Shown: positions 57,101 to 64,000, numbered from the stretch's first letter. The stretch: 64,000 nt of DNA from an uncultured Candidatus Bathyarchaeia archaeon (GCA_964450845.1 CAYVGZ010000001.1:15060-79059), one strand, 5' to 3'. Notes: generated from the sequence alone by a model not told the origin. Made by a program: numbers and translations.

Positions 57101-58627
57101 CCCATTTCATCTATAATAGACAGCTTAGATAAGTTTTCTAGTAGTTCTATTGTCAGAGATCCTATTAAAGGCAACGTTGCTACTAGCCAAAAAGGCGAAT
57201 ATTTTCCAACTATAGTTTTCTTTATTAGTGCGATAGAAGGAATAGAAGGTAAATCAAACTTTTGGGACCTTTGTCCTGAAGATTTTTATTCAGTTAAGGC
57301 TGCTGTTGATAATTTAAATCCAGCACTATCGTCTGACATAAGATATAGAAAGATTCAGCAACATCATTTGGTCTCTGAGTCTATCAATCTTATTTCAAAT
57401 GATATATCACTGAATGCAAACTTTCCTAATAAGATTAATCTGTTCTACTTTGATGAACCACAGTTTATTTCTAGCATAGATGGGGTACAACCAGATAAAT
57501 TTAAGAAAATAAACATGTGGCCTATTAGATCTTTTGGAGATATTAAAGACGAACATATTAGAGAGCTAAACGTTTTCCAGAAAAACATAGACCCATACTG
57601 GTTAGACATTAAAGAGAGTACAGAAGGATTTTTCAAGGGATATAGAAGACTAATGGTTAAGGCTGCTGGAAAGAATAAAAAGAAAGGTGATACAGGTGCT
57701 GATAAAGTTGATAAATATATTGAGAGTATCAACAAAGACTTTGGCACCTTTAATATTAACACTCCAGACTGGAGAGCATTTCCATCTTATCAGATAGTTG
57801 GAGTTAATATCCTTAAAAAAGAAGTATCTAAAATGTACAGGGGTACTATTCAGATTGTAGGAGACCCAGAAATAGAACCACTTGATATTGTTCATATTCA
57901 AGATTATATTAATGATATGCACGGAGCGGTAGAAGTAGAAGAAGTTGTACATACCTTTACTCCAGATAGAGGTTTTATAACTACTATAACACCATGCTTA
58001 ATTACATATGATAGAGACCCAATACAATTAGAAGATGTATCTGTTATTAATAGAATATACGACGTAGCTCAAGCACACTCTAAAGCTACAGTATACAAGG
58101 TAATAGGAGGTGCGGCTGGAGCCATTGCTGGAACAGGTATGTTATTGTCTGGAAATCCTACAACAATGAGCGCTGCTGTTGGAGTTGGAGGACTTGGATT
58201 GCTTTCTTCTTTAAGTGGGTTAAGCGCCATATTTGGAAATAAATATCATAGATTCTTATACGATAGCCTTGGAAATATTCTTGGACGAGATGTAATTAAC
58301 TTTACTGCGCTATTATATCACGGTCTGCCGTTTATGTGTGGATTCGATGGAGTAGATTATACCAATCTTAAAACCTTAATGACACATAAAGCAGATAATG
58401 TTGAGGGCGGTATTATTTCTAGGCTGTCGGTCTTTAGTGACGAATTTGCAGCATGCATCTATACCAACTTTACTCCTGGTAATTTCACTCTTAGAGATGC
58501 CGTTGTTAATAAACTTGGATTCCTTAAATACTTCACTAATCTTCCGAGTGCTGGACAACTCAAAGACGGGTTTAGTTTTGGTGATAGATATTTACCTTGG
58601 AATAGATTAATTGGTAGCATTAGATAA
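51188..58627 (+). CDS. Giant baseplate-hub protein (2479 aa): gpD/gp27-like hub domain in the C-terminal third plus a ~1500-aa N-terminal extension
   Basis: aa ~1600-2330: GTLDVKPGTKVQIKLGYAANDSDLPTVFTGRILEMNAGPVTEIICQSYG and YRGTIQIVGDPEIEPLDIVHIQD...VEEVVHTFTPDRGFITTITP resemble P2 gpD/Mu gp44/T4 gp27-type hub blocks. Gly/Ala hydrophobic segments sit mid-protein and near the C-terminus. Confidence 0.5.
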   Translation: MAGDVKIKFLSTENLPAFGEILHRAFLKEAKELYDVSKDYEKPDVWNKVKAAISTVYEKAGLAKYEDIKEGYTERLRIGDIVLLEDDKRAYAVTGISNDNVRTYPRPIARDVDSLKPSKIGGRSGRVKRPNLSQIKSESYENIVLENLPDEIINREAKNTATFKAISLSDDSTHLQIGDLILGVDPIQLSFTTQNGYQYFPTLRTSGNPKLPTMQQIKNITIVLMFPNVDAINYQLIPLYAMFRRTPFVNIKNRDLLRFFKDVASPTGYIPVALESIQIQSIDGFPNSLQATISVLPFDPGPTSNGSLQALKSFDDVFIQQESLSKDIILNKMIETADLKMQDISSLPTTFDSLTQIVSEASENFKESFPFRAFYQSLIAGRKSVLNENGEEAKLYNSDDSSALLASDISFLSPRNRENFLHEYNIEANRKQVGFKYTYVTLFDKDKKETPNLADIGKYFSDERIDSRDKRLDSFRKLFDAIGSYEGLANTMFSAFHNMSDAFRPIEYEFSKMDNLVNHVLALHGVDPKMVVKGTPSTGAGFLTNLGKLMSFLTRSTMQQVGVAPIASAIEAINKNIVADGKIDYNKAAADQWALLKKAGLLYNEANTGELSKYGIHTLDGAFQALWAWIEEDKSGKRKQDFIVVLQDIMNALKGDLSTSIMVVNAGQSVDESEYKIVRLPVKTVEFYIDNKTDVITSWSLVYSNKFVPINLLAYKYPFYQHLGSDDPTLSLSITSVPNGERFDLKEQLALLSDRMYDSVKLVNYTSPDLYTWMDPRVELDYAPGHIFHCFGIHKVVLNSSNSTNIQGQPDAWNTTINLTQANFSLEQYHSISSANNLTEIDAIISQLIPRLRIDESGNLTVLALKHPTETLTLDEVVYLSFLFSTPGQRYVEHVDQMIKTYGKLENSKKVTGKDLINLLAPKMKLYYSMDPNQIDKGATKKLEALCLENKKFKGLITAIAKEYEQLLEVQADAFINIIDREKSIFEQVVKGIRDSKNVIAGAAIGAAGLDYTLLFLLSLGPAGPWAAAVGVGLIATGALLYTGVNIGAELARNKVKKDLSALVANIINVYKKEILLELSRAIVKDPPIRRRLLSKEFISLLRPPTVDGDQVDIEKYISQVQYQKRLNCYPDFDMPVIWESADRIYKASPDFYLYNFSNPQTYINTYVKESTDRLIKIGKMGMQLALVEHKNLYESLEQLTTQVSSQGDKNIQNVLSGVYTEIGYANSADSFLNLAQMYRLVAFKDENIKTSDVSTEQDTTFLTEQRKEELIKEHESVNSELKKTNPKLFEYEQTILNYMLSMDIAPKIQDTNIIKYNIVWTARMKTLIELIALGYQIQTYFASETALKGSISVADSSAKKDLNKYVEQEKKKQQLSGQILEKLVSLKADVWAILENWKDATSKTVNSTTDTRFKTLKKKYNKGFFAETINDSSKEESSDFLQVPSIRNLEAEVYNKIGFFIRLNTVIELANGGNSVLKPYSGNVPNLSLDSLPELGFIDAFNVRQTESVFRALEIERQLFDSMQKNKNVTLKYFPTFKIFFIEEESKRYQVLDDYYAYNAVQSIEISKNKHSSSVVAVIRLNNLNGTITDKLSFHRERSDFMQANDFLNEDDAFFGTLDVKPGTKVQIKLGYAANDSDLPTVFTGRILEMNAGPVTEIICQSYGAQLNHKVLQTNVGFFSSEKEYGDIASALLDIIPGLENLGKKEIASFGLLSGFTGRDLKKIRTSLFDNFLLSTVLGRLTANLRGFDNPRDENIYLPFNLSIYPKWKPRFDWVVYNQSVWDSVKELCLYCNNTEAVIKQYNNDPLSQRGEQRETIVIGNKSGYYKWTDSLALSSIDTDDIDNRIAKFKDILSKDGIKNPQFTTAGKQYKLKGIQTLREDKYRLLSPLKFVYDNVKTTFLPKGINKPIGSEVKYANLKPEFLPLWEWLSDPLNSNIIKKRLLNELDLTIKTVSNFASEAFKRQFKSFADPISSIIDSLDKFSSSSIVRDPIKGNVATSQKGEYFPTIVFFISAIEGIEGKSNFWDLCPEDFYSVKAAVDNLNPALSSDIRYRKIQQHHLVSESINLISNDISLNANFPNKINLFYFDEPQFISSIDGVQPDKFKKINMWPIRSFGDIKDEHIRELNVFQKNIDPYWLDIKESTEGFFKGYRRLMVKAAGKNKKKGDTGADKVDKYIESINKDFGTFNINTPDWRAFPSYQIVGVNILKKEVSKMYRGTIQIVGDPEIEPLDIVHIQDYINDMHGAVEVEEVVHTFTPDRGFITTITPCLITYDRDPIQLEDVSVINRIYDVAQAHSKATVYKVIGGAAGAIAGTGMLLSGNPTTMSAAVGVGGLGLLSSLSGLSAIFGNKYHRFLYDSLGNILGRDVINFTALLYHGLPFMCGFDGVDYTNLKTLMTHKADNVEGGIISRLSVFSDEFAACIYTNFTPGNFTLRDAVVNKLGFLKYFTNLPSAGQLKDGFSFGDRYLPWNRLIGSIR

Positions 58628-58637
58628 TGGAGGATAA

Positions 58638-59420
58638 ATGGAAAAGTCTATTGGAGAATGGAAATTTTATGTACTAGAGCTTTCTGCTTCTAATTACTAT
58701 AATCCTAAGCATCAAATTGCTAGGGTTAAGTATAAGGGGAAGAGAATAGATATTAGAATTAATCCTGGTACGGAAAATCCCAATCCTCAAGACCATTTAG
58801 TTTTGGTGATAGCGCCAGAAAAAACAATGGAGTACGAGGAAGTTGATAGCTCTCAATATGACCTTCCGCCTGGAACAACGGCAGATGGAGAAGTAACTGA
58901 TATTCAGCAAGGCTTATGTTTCTTAATCGATAAGAGACAACGAGTTAACACTACCGCTCCACAGAACGGACAGGCTGGTTTTTCAGTTTCTGAAAGCAAC
59001 ATGTTTGATCCAGAAAACGTCGTATCAGTTATGTCTCCTAGGATGGTAGATCGAGACTATACTAGTGTAGATTCTACAGGACAAGATCCTAATTATGGAT
59101 CAATTGGAATTTTCATGAATAGGGATGGATGTATCTTAATCAAGGCCAGCGGTTCATCTATTACTATGGGAAAAGAAGGAATTCATCTTGGCGGAAGATT
59201 ATTTCAGGAATCTTCTGCAGTAGAAACTGGTCCTTTGTCTGACAATACAATAGCTGATTTAATAGGATCAACTATACCTACTGCAGGTGCCGCTTGGCCT
59301 AAGCTTCCAAATATCGGTCACATAGCGCAGTATGCAAATGCAGGGCTAAAGTTTATTAAAATTGCTGACGCAGCTAAGGCTGGTATTAAAATTGCAGATA
59401 GTATTGGAGCTCTCGTATAA
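58638..59420 (+). CDS. Baseplate central spike/plug candidate (260 aa)
   Basis: Sits between the hub and gp25-like genes. No diagnostic motif. Confidence 0.3.
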   Translation: MEKSIGEWKFYVLELSASNYYNPKHQIARVKYKGKRIDIRINPGTENPNPQDHLVLVIAPEKTMEYEEVDSSQYDLPPGTTADGEVTDIQQGLCFLIDKRQRVNTTAPQNGQAGFSVSESNMFDPENVVSVMSPRMVDRDYTSVDSTGQDPNYGSIGIFMNRDGCILIKASGSSITMGKEGIHLGGRLFQESSAVETGPLSDNTIADLIGSTIPTAGAAWPKLPNIGHIAQYANAGLKFIKIADAAKAGIKIADSIGALV

Positions 59421-59950
59421 TGGCGACAGAACCTTTTAATAAAATGAAAGATGTTCTTTTTGGGTACGATACAGATATTCATTTTGAAAATGACGATCTA
59501 ATGACTACTACAGGAATCGATTTTATTGAAAGAGAACTCTACAAGCTTCTGATTACTCTTCCAGGAGAATGGAGAGCCGATCCAACTATTGGTGTATCAC
59601 CAAACAAATATACTGGAGAACAAAATACTAGAGAAAACGCAAAGGAAATGGAAGCTTATATTGAACAAGGAATACGCCTTACTGTCGCACCAGGAACTCC
59701 AAGAGTAAGAGTCGTACCAACTGGTCCTGATAAGGTAATGGTATTTATTGATATACATCTTCCTACTTTTGAACAATTATCAGTTCCATTTGAGTTTGAT
59801 TACATCAATGGTATTAGAAGATTAATCAAAAGAGACGCTAAAGTTACTCCTATTGTTTCTGCTAATAATGAAATTAATAATATAGAAAATTTAAGGAGAC
59901 CAAACAAATACTGGTCACGTATGAGTTATAACTCTACTAATAATACTTAA
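59420..59950 (+). CDS. Baseplate wedge protein, GpW/gp25-like
   Basis: TTGIDFIERELYKLLITLPGEWRADPTIGV matches the gp25/GpW pattern (G-x-D/E-x-I-x-Q-x-L-x-x-L-x-T-x-x-GE-x-x-x-x-P-x-x-G). Directly upstream of the Baseplate-J-like gene. Confidence 0.6.
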   Translation: MATEPFNKMKDVLFGYDTDIHFENDDLMTTTGIDFIERELYKLLITLPGEWRADPTIGVSPNKYTGEQNTRENAKEMEAYIEQGIRLTVAPGTPRVRVVPTGPDKVMVFIDIHLPTFEQLSVPFEFDYINGIRRLIKRDAKVTPIVSANNEINNIENLRRPNKYWSRMSYNSTNNT

Positions 59951-59958
59951 GAGGTACC

Positions 59959-61215
59959 ATGCCAACTCGCAGAAATTACGCAACTATATATCAAGAAGGA
60001 AGAACAAGAATAGTTAATAATACCCCTGTAAATAATTTTAATCCACAGGGAATTGCTAAGTCTTTTCTAGATATTCTTGGTTTAGAAATGGAAAGGCTAT
60101 ATGACAATGCTGAGTACATATATAGGTCTATAGACCCTACTAGAGCGGTCGGGCGCGATCTTGATAGAATCGGATTTTTAGTTGGAGTTCAACGTCAGGG
60201 CTCTGTATACGCCGCAGACTTTAGTGAAACCAACTTTAGTTTCTACATAGATAAGAAACTCAACTGGAGTATTAACCAATTAATTGATGAACTATATAGT
60301 AGCTCAGAGAAAGATATTCTTGTTCAAAATGGGTTCCTCTTTTTAAATGCAGACCGATCTGTTAGTTATATGACTATACCAGCTGGAACGAGTGTTACTA
60401 ATTCAGACCAGACAATTGCTTATACAACTGTTAATGACGTACATCTTACTGGAACAACTGAAGCATATGTAGCTGTGACCGCTGTTGGTTCGGGCCCTTC
60501 TTACAATGTAGAATCTAACATGTTAATTGCGCACTCTCTATATCAGGTTCCAGAATTAAGAAAACTTGCTAGGTATATTAAATGTTCAAATTCTTTTCCT
60601 ATCCAAAATGGAAAATATACACAGACTGACGAAGAGTATAGATATAATATAACAACTGCTAAGGCCGCGCTGCCAGCTAACGAACTATATATTCGTCGCA
60701 CTGCTCTTGGTACTCCTGGTGTAAGAGATATTCTATTTGAGAAGAATAAGTATGGATCAGGTACTGTTCATATTATTGTAGATGGTATCTCTCCTCTAGT
60801 TTCTACTGGACTCATAGCTGTAGTTAAACAGAATGTACAAACGGCTGCTTCATATGGAGACATTATATATGTTAGCGCCCCAGAGTATCTTGGTGTTGAA
60901 CTTAACTTTTCTATTCGAACAAACCCTACTGCTACTGACCCTCTCACAATAAGAAATCAAGTTCGAAGCGCAATCATAAGCTACATCAATAACCTTCCTA
61001 TTGGAGGAGAAATAATTTGGAATAGACTAGTATCTATTGCTCTAGATATTCCAGATGTAATAGACTTTATACCAAACTATTTTAAATATGGCAAGTATGA
61101 CGCTCTTAATAAAGTAAATAAAGAACAAATCATATTAAACTTTATTAATCAGCGAGCAAGATATAATGAGAAGTGGTATACAGACTCTGGCTTAATGACA
61201 TGTTGTATTGCCTAA
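59959..61215 (+). CDS. Baseplate J-like protein (P2 gpJ / T4 gp6 family)
   Basis: LGLEMERLYDNAEYIYRSIDPTRAVGRDLDRIGFLVGVQRQGSVYA matches the Baseplate_J signature (A-x-G-x-x-LD-x-x-G-x-x-x-G-V-x-R-x-x-x-x-x-A). Confidence 0.7.
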   Translation: MPTRRNYATIYQEGRTRIVNNTPVNNFNPQGIAKSFLDILGLEMERLYDNAEYIYRSIDPTRAVGRDLDRIGFLVGVQRQGSVYAADFSETNFSFYIDKKLNWSINQLIDELYSSSEKDILVQNGFLFLNADRSVSYMTIPAGTSVTNSDQTIAYTTVNDVHLTGTTEAYVAVTAVGSGPSYNVESNMLIAHSLYQVPELRKLARYIKCSNSFPIQNGKYTQTDEEYRYNITTAKAALPANELYIRRTALGTPGVRDILFEKNKYGSGTVHIIVDGISPLVSTGLIAVVKQNVQTAASYGDIIYVSAPEYLGVELNFSIRTNPTATDPLTIRNQVRSAIISYINNLPIGGEIIWNRLVSIALDIPDVIDFIPNYFKYGKYDALNKVNKEQIILNFINQRARYNEKWYTDSGLMTCCIA

Positions 61216-61224
61216 GGAATTCTA

Positions 61225-63417
61225 ATGAGAACAAGAAAACCAATTCAAGCTAAGTCTACCGAATCCATAATTAAAGCAATTTTACCACAAGAATTTAAGA
61301 TGGTAAAGGACAAAACTTCTAACGGCTATAAGTTTATAAATCTTTTATATGGTGTAGAAATTGATCAAGCTAAAGAATATCTGCAAAGTGTCTATGATAA
61401 TTCTTTTTTGGAATCAGTAGATCTAGCTGATGATGGCATTCTATATGAAGTATATCTTTCGGGAATTCCTTCAAGTGGATTTTTAAATGCTGGTGGAACT
61501 AAAGTTAAAATAACTAATTGGGACTCTCTTTCCAACTCTGAGTTTTACGATGGACCTCCAACTAGACTTACTCTCTCAAATCAAATATCTATTTCTGGAA
61601 TTGTTCAATCTGGAAATATAGTTGGTTTAAATTATTTTAGATCCAATGCTAGTGGTTATGGTTATTATCTAATTAATGCTGATATTGATTCTAGTGAGTT
61701 TCTATCTTTAAGCGGATCTTCTTGGAAAATATATTTAGATAATAATGGAAATATACAAGAAAGTTCTGGTTTTTGGCCAGCAGTTGGAACATTTAACTAT
61801 TCTGAACAAGGACGAGACGATGTACTTTATCCATTAACATCTGGATACTTATCTAAAACATATCCATTAACAAGACGAATCAGAGACGATAGCGGAGTAT
61901 ATTGGAATATAGATCACTATGAACCATATCTTGGATGGACGAGAGATAACTATTCTAATGTTGTAGCCATTAACAATTATTCTGGTGACTATTATTACAG
62001 CCAAGATGGAAAGAAGATCTGGTATAGAACTGCATTTAATAATCCATATGGCTCTGGTAACTACACCACTGAATATCTTAATTTGCGTAACATTCCAATT
62101 AGTGGAACTTTAAAACTATACGATATAGATATAATCGATGTAAGCGGCAACGCTGTCGAAATTCCGTCTTCTGGTAAAATTTTATATAAACTTCAATCAT
62201 CTAATATGCTGCGTGGTTCGGCCACTGGCGTATTTGATCCTGTGTATGTTGGGTATGATCCATATGTTCCTGAAGGTAGAGGCTTTGGAGATATAGAAGG
62301 GCTTGCCGCTAACTACTATCTTACAACATCTTGGTTATATCAACAAGATGGATCGTTTCTTGATGAGGGGTCGATGCAATACGTTGAAGGCAGCGGATCA
62401 CTCTCTAACGTAGTCAAAATAAATAATCCAGTCAGCAGATATATTGCAGAATATAAGTTTAAACAATATAACAAGGCTAAGTATATTACCTCATTAGATA
62501 GTACTAGATACGTTAACTTTGATACCGATAGCCCAGTTTATTCTATTGAGTCTATCTTTAATAATCAAGAAGAACTACAGTTTGAGTTTACAAGGGACCC
62601 TTCGTATAATACAGAAAGGTCTAGATTTATTACCTTTGATGGATGGAAAATCAGACCAAATAGTAAGATATCTAAGATTGATTTTAAGATACCCGTTATG
62701 ATTTCTACAGGCCCACTAGATTCATTTCTTTCCGTAGCTGGGTTAAAATCTAAAGCTGGGTATGGCGAATTCGTTCCAGACATAGTCACAACTAGAAATT
62801 ATAGCTTAAACTGTATTTTTGACCAAGAAGTATATCTAGGCGGTGTTACCGAGGATGATAAATCTGGTAGCGGAAACTATTTGATATGGACTAATACTGG
62901 GTCTAATGAAATATACAGATATCCAATCGATACCAACTATGGTAAAAGAATTAAATATGTAGATGCATCAGGTTACTATCGCATTAATTCACAGGAATTC
63001 TTAAAAGATAATACCTTTTTTAGATTTAGATTTAGAGCTTATACTCCGCAGGTCCTTACATTAATGGAACTTGAGTCAGCAACTAATAAGTATATTAAGG
63101 TACAAGTAACAGCGGCAGGCATGATATCTATTATTTCAAATGGAGTTGAGCAGTACTACAGCTTTGACAAGCTAGCCTTTGGCAACAGCTTTCATGACTT
63201 AATAATCCGATACTATCCTGATCCAAACTGGACTGATAATCCAGTGTTTGATTTATATATTAAAGGCTCTTTAGGATATTATAAACCAAGAGTCTTTACC
63301 AGAGAGACTACGTCAGGTACCTTTAGCTCAACATATCTACATGTATATCAAAACTGTAGTATAGATGCAGACCTCTTCCAAATTTATTACGAGACAAACT
63401 ATGGCGACACTATATAA
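61225..63417 (+). CDS. Baseplate-distal/tail-fibre module protein (730 aa)
   Basis: Follows the J-like gene. Rich in Tyr/Asn/Gly/Ser, as receptor-binding proteins are. No diagnostic motif. Confidence 0.35.
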   Translation: MRTRKPIQAKSTESIIKAILPQEFKMVKDKTSNGYKFINLLYGVEIDQAKEYLQSVYDNSFLESVDLADDGILYEVYLSGIPSSGFLNAGGTKVKITNWDSLSNSEFYDGPPTRLTLSNQISISGIVQSGNIVGLNYFRSNASGYGYYLINADIDSSEFLSLSGSSWKIYLDNNGNIQESSGFWPAVGTFNYSEQGRDDVLYPLTSGYLSKTYPLTRRIRDDSGVYWNIDHYEPYLGWTRDNYSNVVAINNYSGDYYYSQDGKKIWYRTAFNNPYGSGNYTTEYLNLRNIPISGTLKLYDIDIIDVSGNAVEIPSSGKILYKLQSSNMLRGSATGVFDPVYVGYDPYVPEGRGFGDIEGLAANYYLTTSWLYQQDGSFLDEGSMQYVEGSGSLSNVVKINNPVSRYIAEYKFKQYNKAKYITSLDSTRYVNFDTDSPVYSIESIFNNQEELQFEFTRDPSYNTERSRFITFDGWKIRPNSKISKIDFKIPVMISTGPLDSFLSVAGLKSKAGYGEFVPDIVTTRNYSLNCIFDQEVYLGGVTEDDKSGSGNYLIWTNTGSNEIYRYPIDTNYGKRIKYVDASGYYRINSQEFLKDNTFFRFRFRAYTPQVLTLMELESATNKYIKVQVTAAGMISIISNGVEQYYSFDKLAFGNSFHDLIIRYYPDPNWTDNPVFDLYIKGSLGYYKPRVFTRETTSGTFSSTYLHVYQNCSIDADLFQIYYETNYGDTI

Positions 63418-64000
63418 AACAGTCAGACAGAACGGTAGTGGAGACTACACCGACTTTGTTACAGGAGTGACAGATATACTTGCTAGTGGTCTGGCTGCTA
63501 CAGGCTATTATACAGAATATATACTGAGTGTTGATAATGCTGAGTACTCTGGCTATTTCGTAGCTGAGGTTCCTTATTCTGGATACCTTCATATAATTGG
63601 AAGCGGCACATGGTGGGTGCCATCTCAAGTATCTGAAATATCAGGCTATAGTAACCTTTCTGCGCCAAATGTTGAAATGGAAGGATTTTGTATAAGAGCA
63701 ACTAATACATCAGATGTATTTAGTGTCTATGCTGGATCAGCCTTTTCATTGAGAGATACAGAGTTCCTGCAGACAACTAACGGCATAACAAACTCGGGCA
63801 GTCTTTATTTAGATAATGTTTCTGCACATGGTGTTGGACAAGTAAGTGGCGGCTGTTTCATTTATGACTATGGCTATAGCTCAATTTCAAATTCAAGAGT
63901 AGCCAACTTTATAAGTGGACTTTATACTTCAGATTCCAACATTAATAACTCTGTATTTATAGATAATGGTATTCATATAATTGGCTATAGCGGATTAATT
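63401..64000 (+). CDS. Partial CDS (N-terminal 200 aa, runs off the window): right-handed beta-helix tailspike/fibre candidate
   Basis: ATG 63401 overlaps the upstream gene by 17 nt. The frame is open to the window end. MATLYKTVRQNGSGDYTDFVTGV... is the usual pectate-lyase-fold opening (V-x-x-x-G-x-G-D-Y-T). It is followed by repetitive N/S/G-rich rungs. Not in the ORF track because no stop is reached. Confidence 0.5.
   Translation, partial: MATLYKTVRQNGSGDYTDFVTGVTDILASGLAATGYYTEYILSVDNAEYSGYFVAEVPYSGYLHIIGSGTWWVPSQVSEISGYSNLSAPNVEMEGFCIRATNTSDVFSVYAGSAFSLRDTEFLQTTNGITNSGSLYLDNVSAHGVGQVSGGCFIYDYGYSSISNSRVANFISGLYTSDSNINNSVFIDNGIHIIGYSGLI

Noticed and set aside
1595-62701. Short + strand ORFs nested in alternative frames of larger genes (1595-1792, 1886-2077, 2990-3247, 7169-7450, 14896-15159, 34225-34425, 36057-36311, 58398-58610, 62519-62701).
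   Set aside because: They are fully embedded in longer ORFs that carry recognisable motifs or a clear operon context. They show no independent start signals or motifs.
294-63701. All minus-strand ORFs in the track other than 7789-8001 (for example 294-518, 5134-5505, 13114-13476, 34305-34694, 43945-44292, 57445-57952, 63410-63701).
   Set aside because: Each lies antisense inside a long, motif-supported + strand gene. They have no SD and low-complexity or hydrophobic junk translations, so they are shadow ORFs typical of AT-rich DNA.
1-64000. Search for tRNA/rRNA genes, CRISPR arrays, integrase/att sites, reverse transcriptase (DGR) and toxin-antitoxin pairs.
   Set aside because: The intergenic gaps are short (at most about 190 nt outside the 7.5-8.1 kb island) and show no cloverleaf-like or repeat-spacer structure. 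No ORF shows integrase, RT or TA hallmarks by eye.

Overview
This 64-kb window reads as one contiguous piece of a large, AT-rich, tailed dsDNA phage (Caudoviricetes) genome with a contractile tail. I see no rRNA, tRNA, CRISPR array, integrase or transposase. Every credible gene is on the + strand except one decayed HNH endonuclease remnant. Fifteen gene junctions are TAATG stop/start overlaps, and most starts have strong GGAGG-type Shine-Dalgarno sequences.

Gene order:
(i) Nucleotide-metabolism block: a class II (B12-dependent) ribonucleotide reductase split by three LAGLIDADG inteins, three small ORFs including a Cys-rich small domain with no canonical start codon, a dUTPase, and a permuted papain-like amidase.
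(ii) A small homing-endonuclease island (7.6-8.6 kb). Next to it is a candidate small RNA whose single-stranded core is identical to the 16S rRNA 3' end (anti-SD).
(iii) A membrane protein plus an M15 peptidase, probably a lysis pair.
(iv) Packaging and head module: TerL, a portal with a MuF-like C-terminus, a protease-scaffold fusion, capsid proteins, and Ig-like decoration proteins.
(v) Contractile-tail module: sheath, three tube-like paralogs, an M15 lysin, and two ORFs in the chaperone position.
(vi) Three consecutive giant ORFs of 2052, 2355 and 2479 aa (about 20.8 kb, one third of the window).
(vii) Baseplate genes (gp25/GpW-like, Baseplate-J-like), a fibre-module protein, and a partial beta-helix tailspike.

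The most interesting signal is the giant-ORF block in the tape-measure-to-hub position. It carries embedded enzyme signatures:
- a RecB/Cas4-type PD-(D/E)XK nuclease motif set in the first ORF;
- a DnaQ-like DEDD exonuclease motif set in the second ORF;
- in the same second ORF, an unmistakable RxPxxxxGD...GGDFDGD catalytic double-psi beta-barrel signature of two-barrel RNA polymerases (beta-prime / QDE-1 / YonO / crAss-like gp66 class).
This suggests a polymerase-plus-nuclease cargo delivered through a contractile tail. A strand-specific, over-represented motif (G/A)ACTATACTA may be the matching phage promoter.

All functional calls rest on motif recognition by eye. No database search, folding or statistics program was run.
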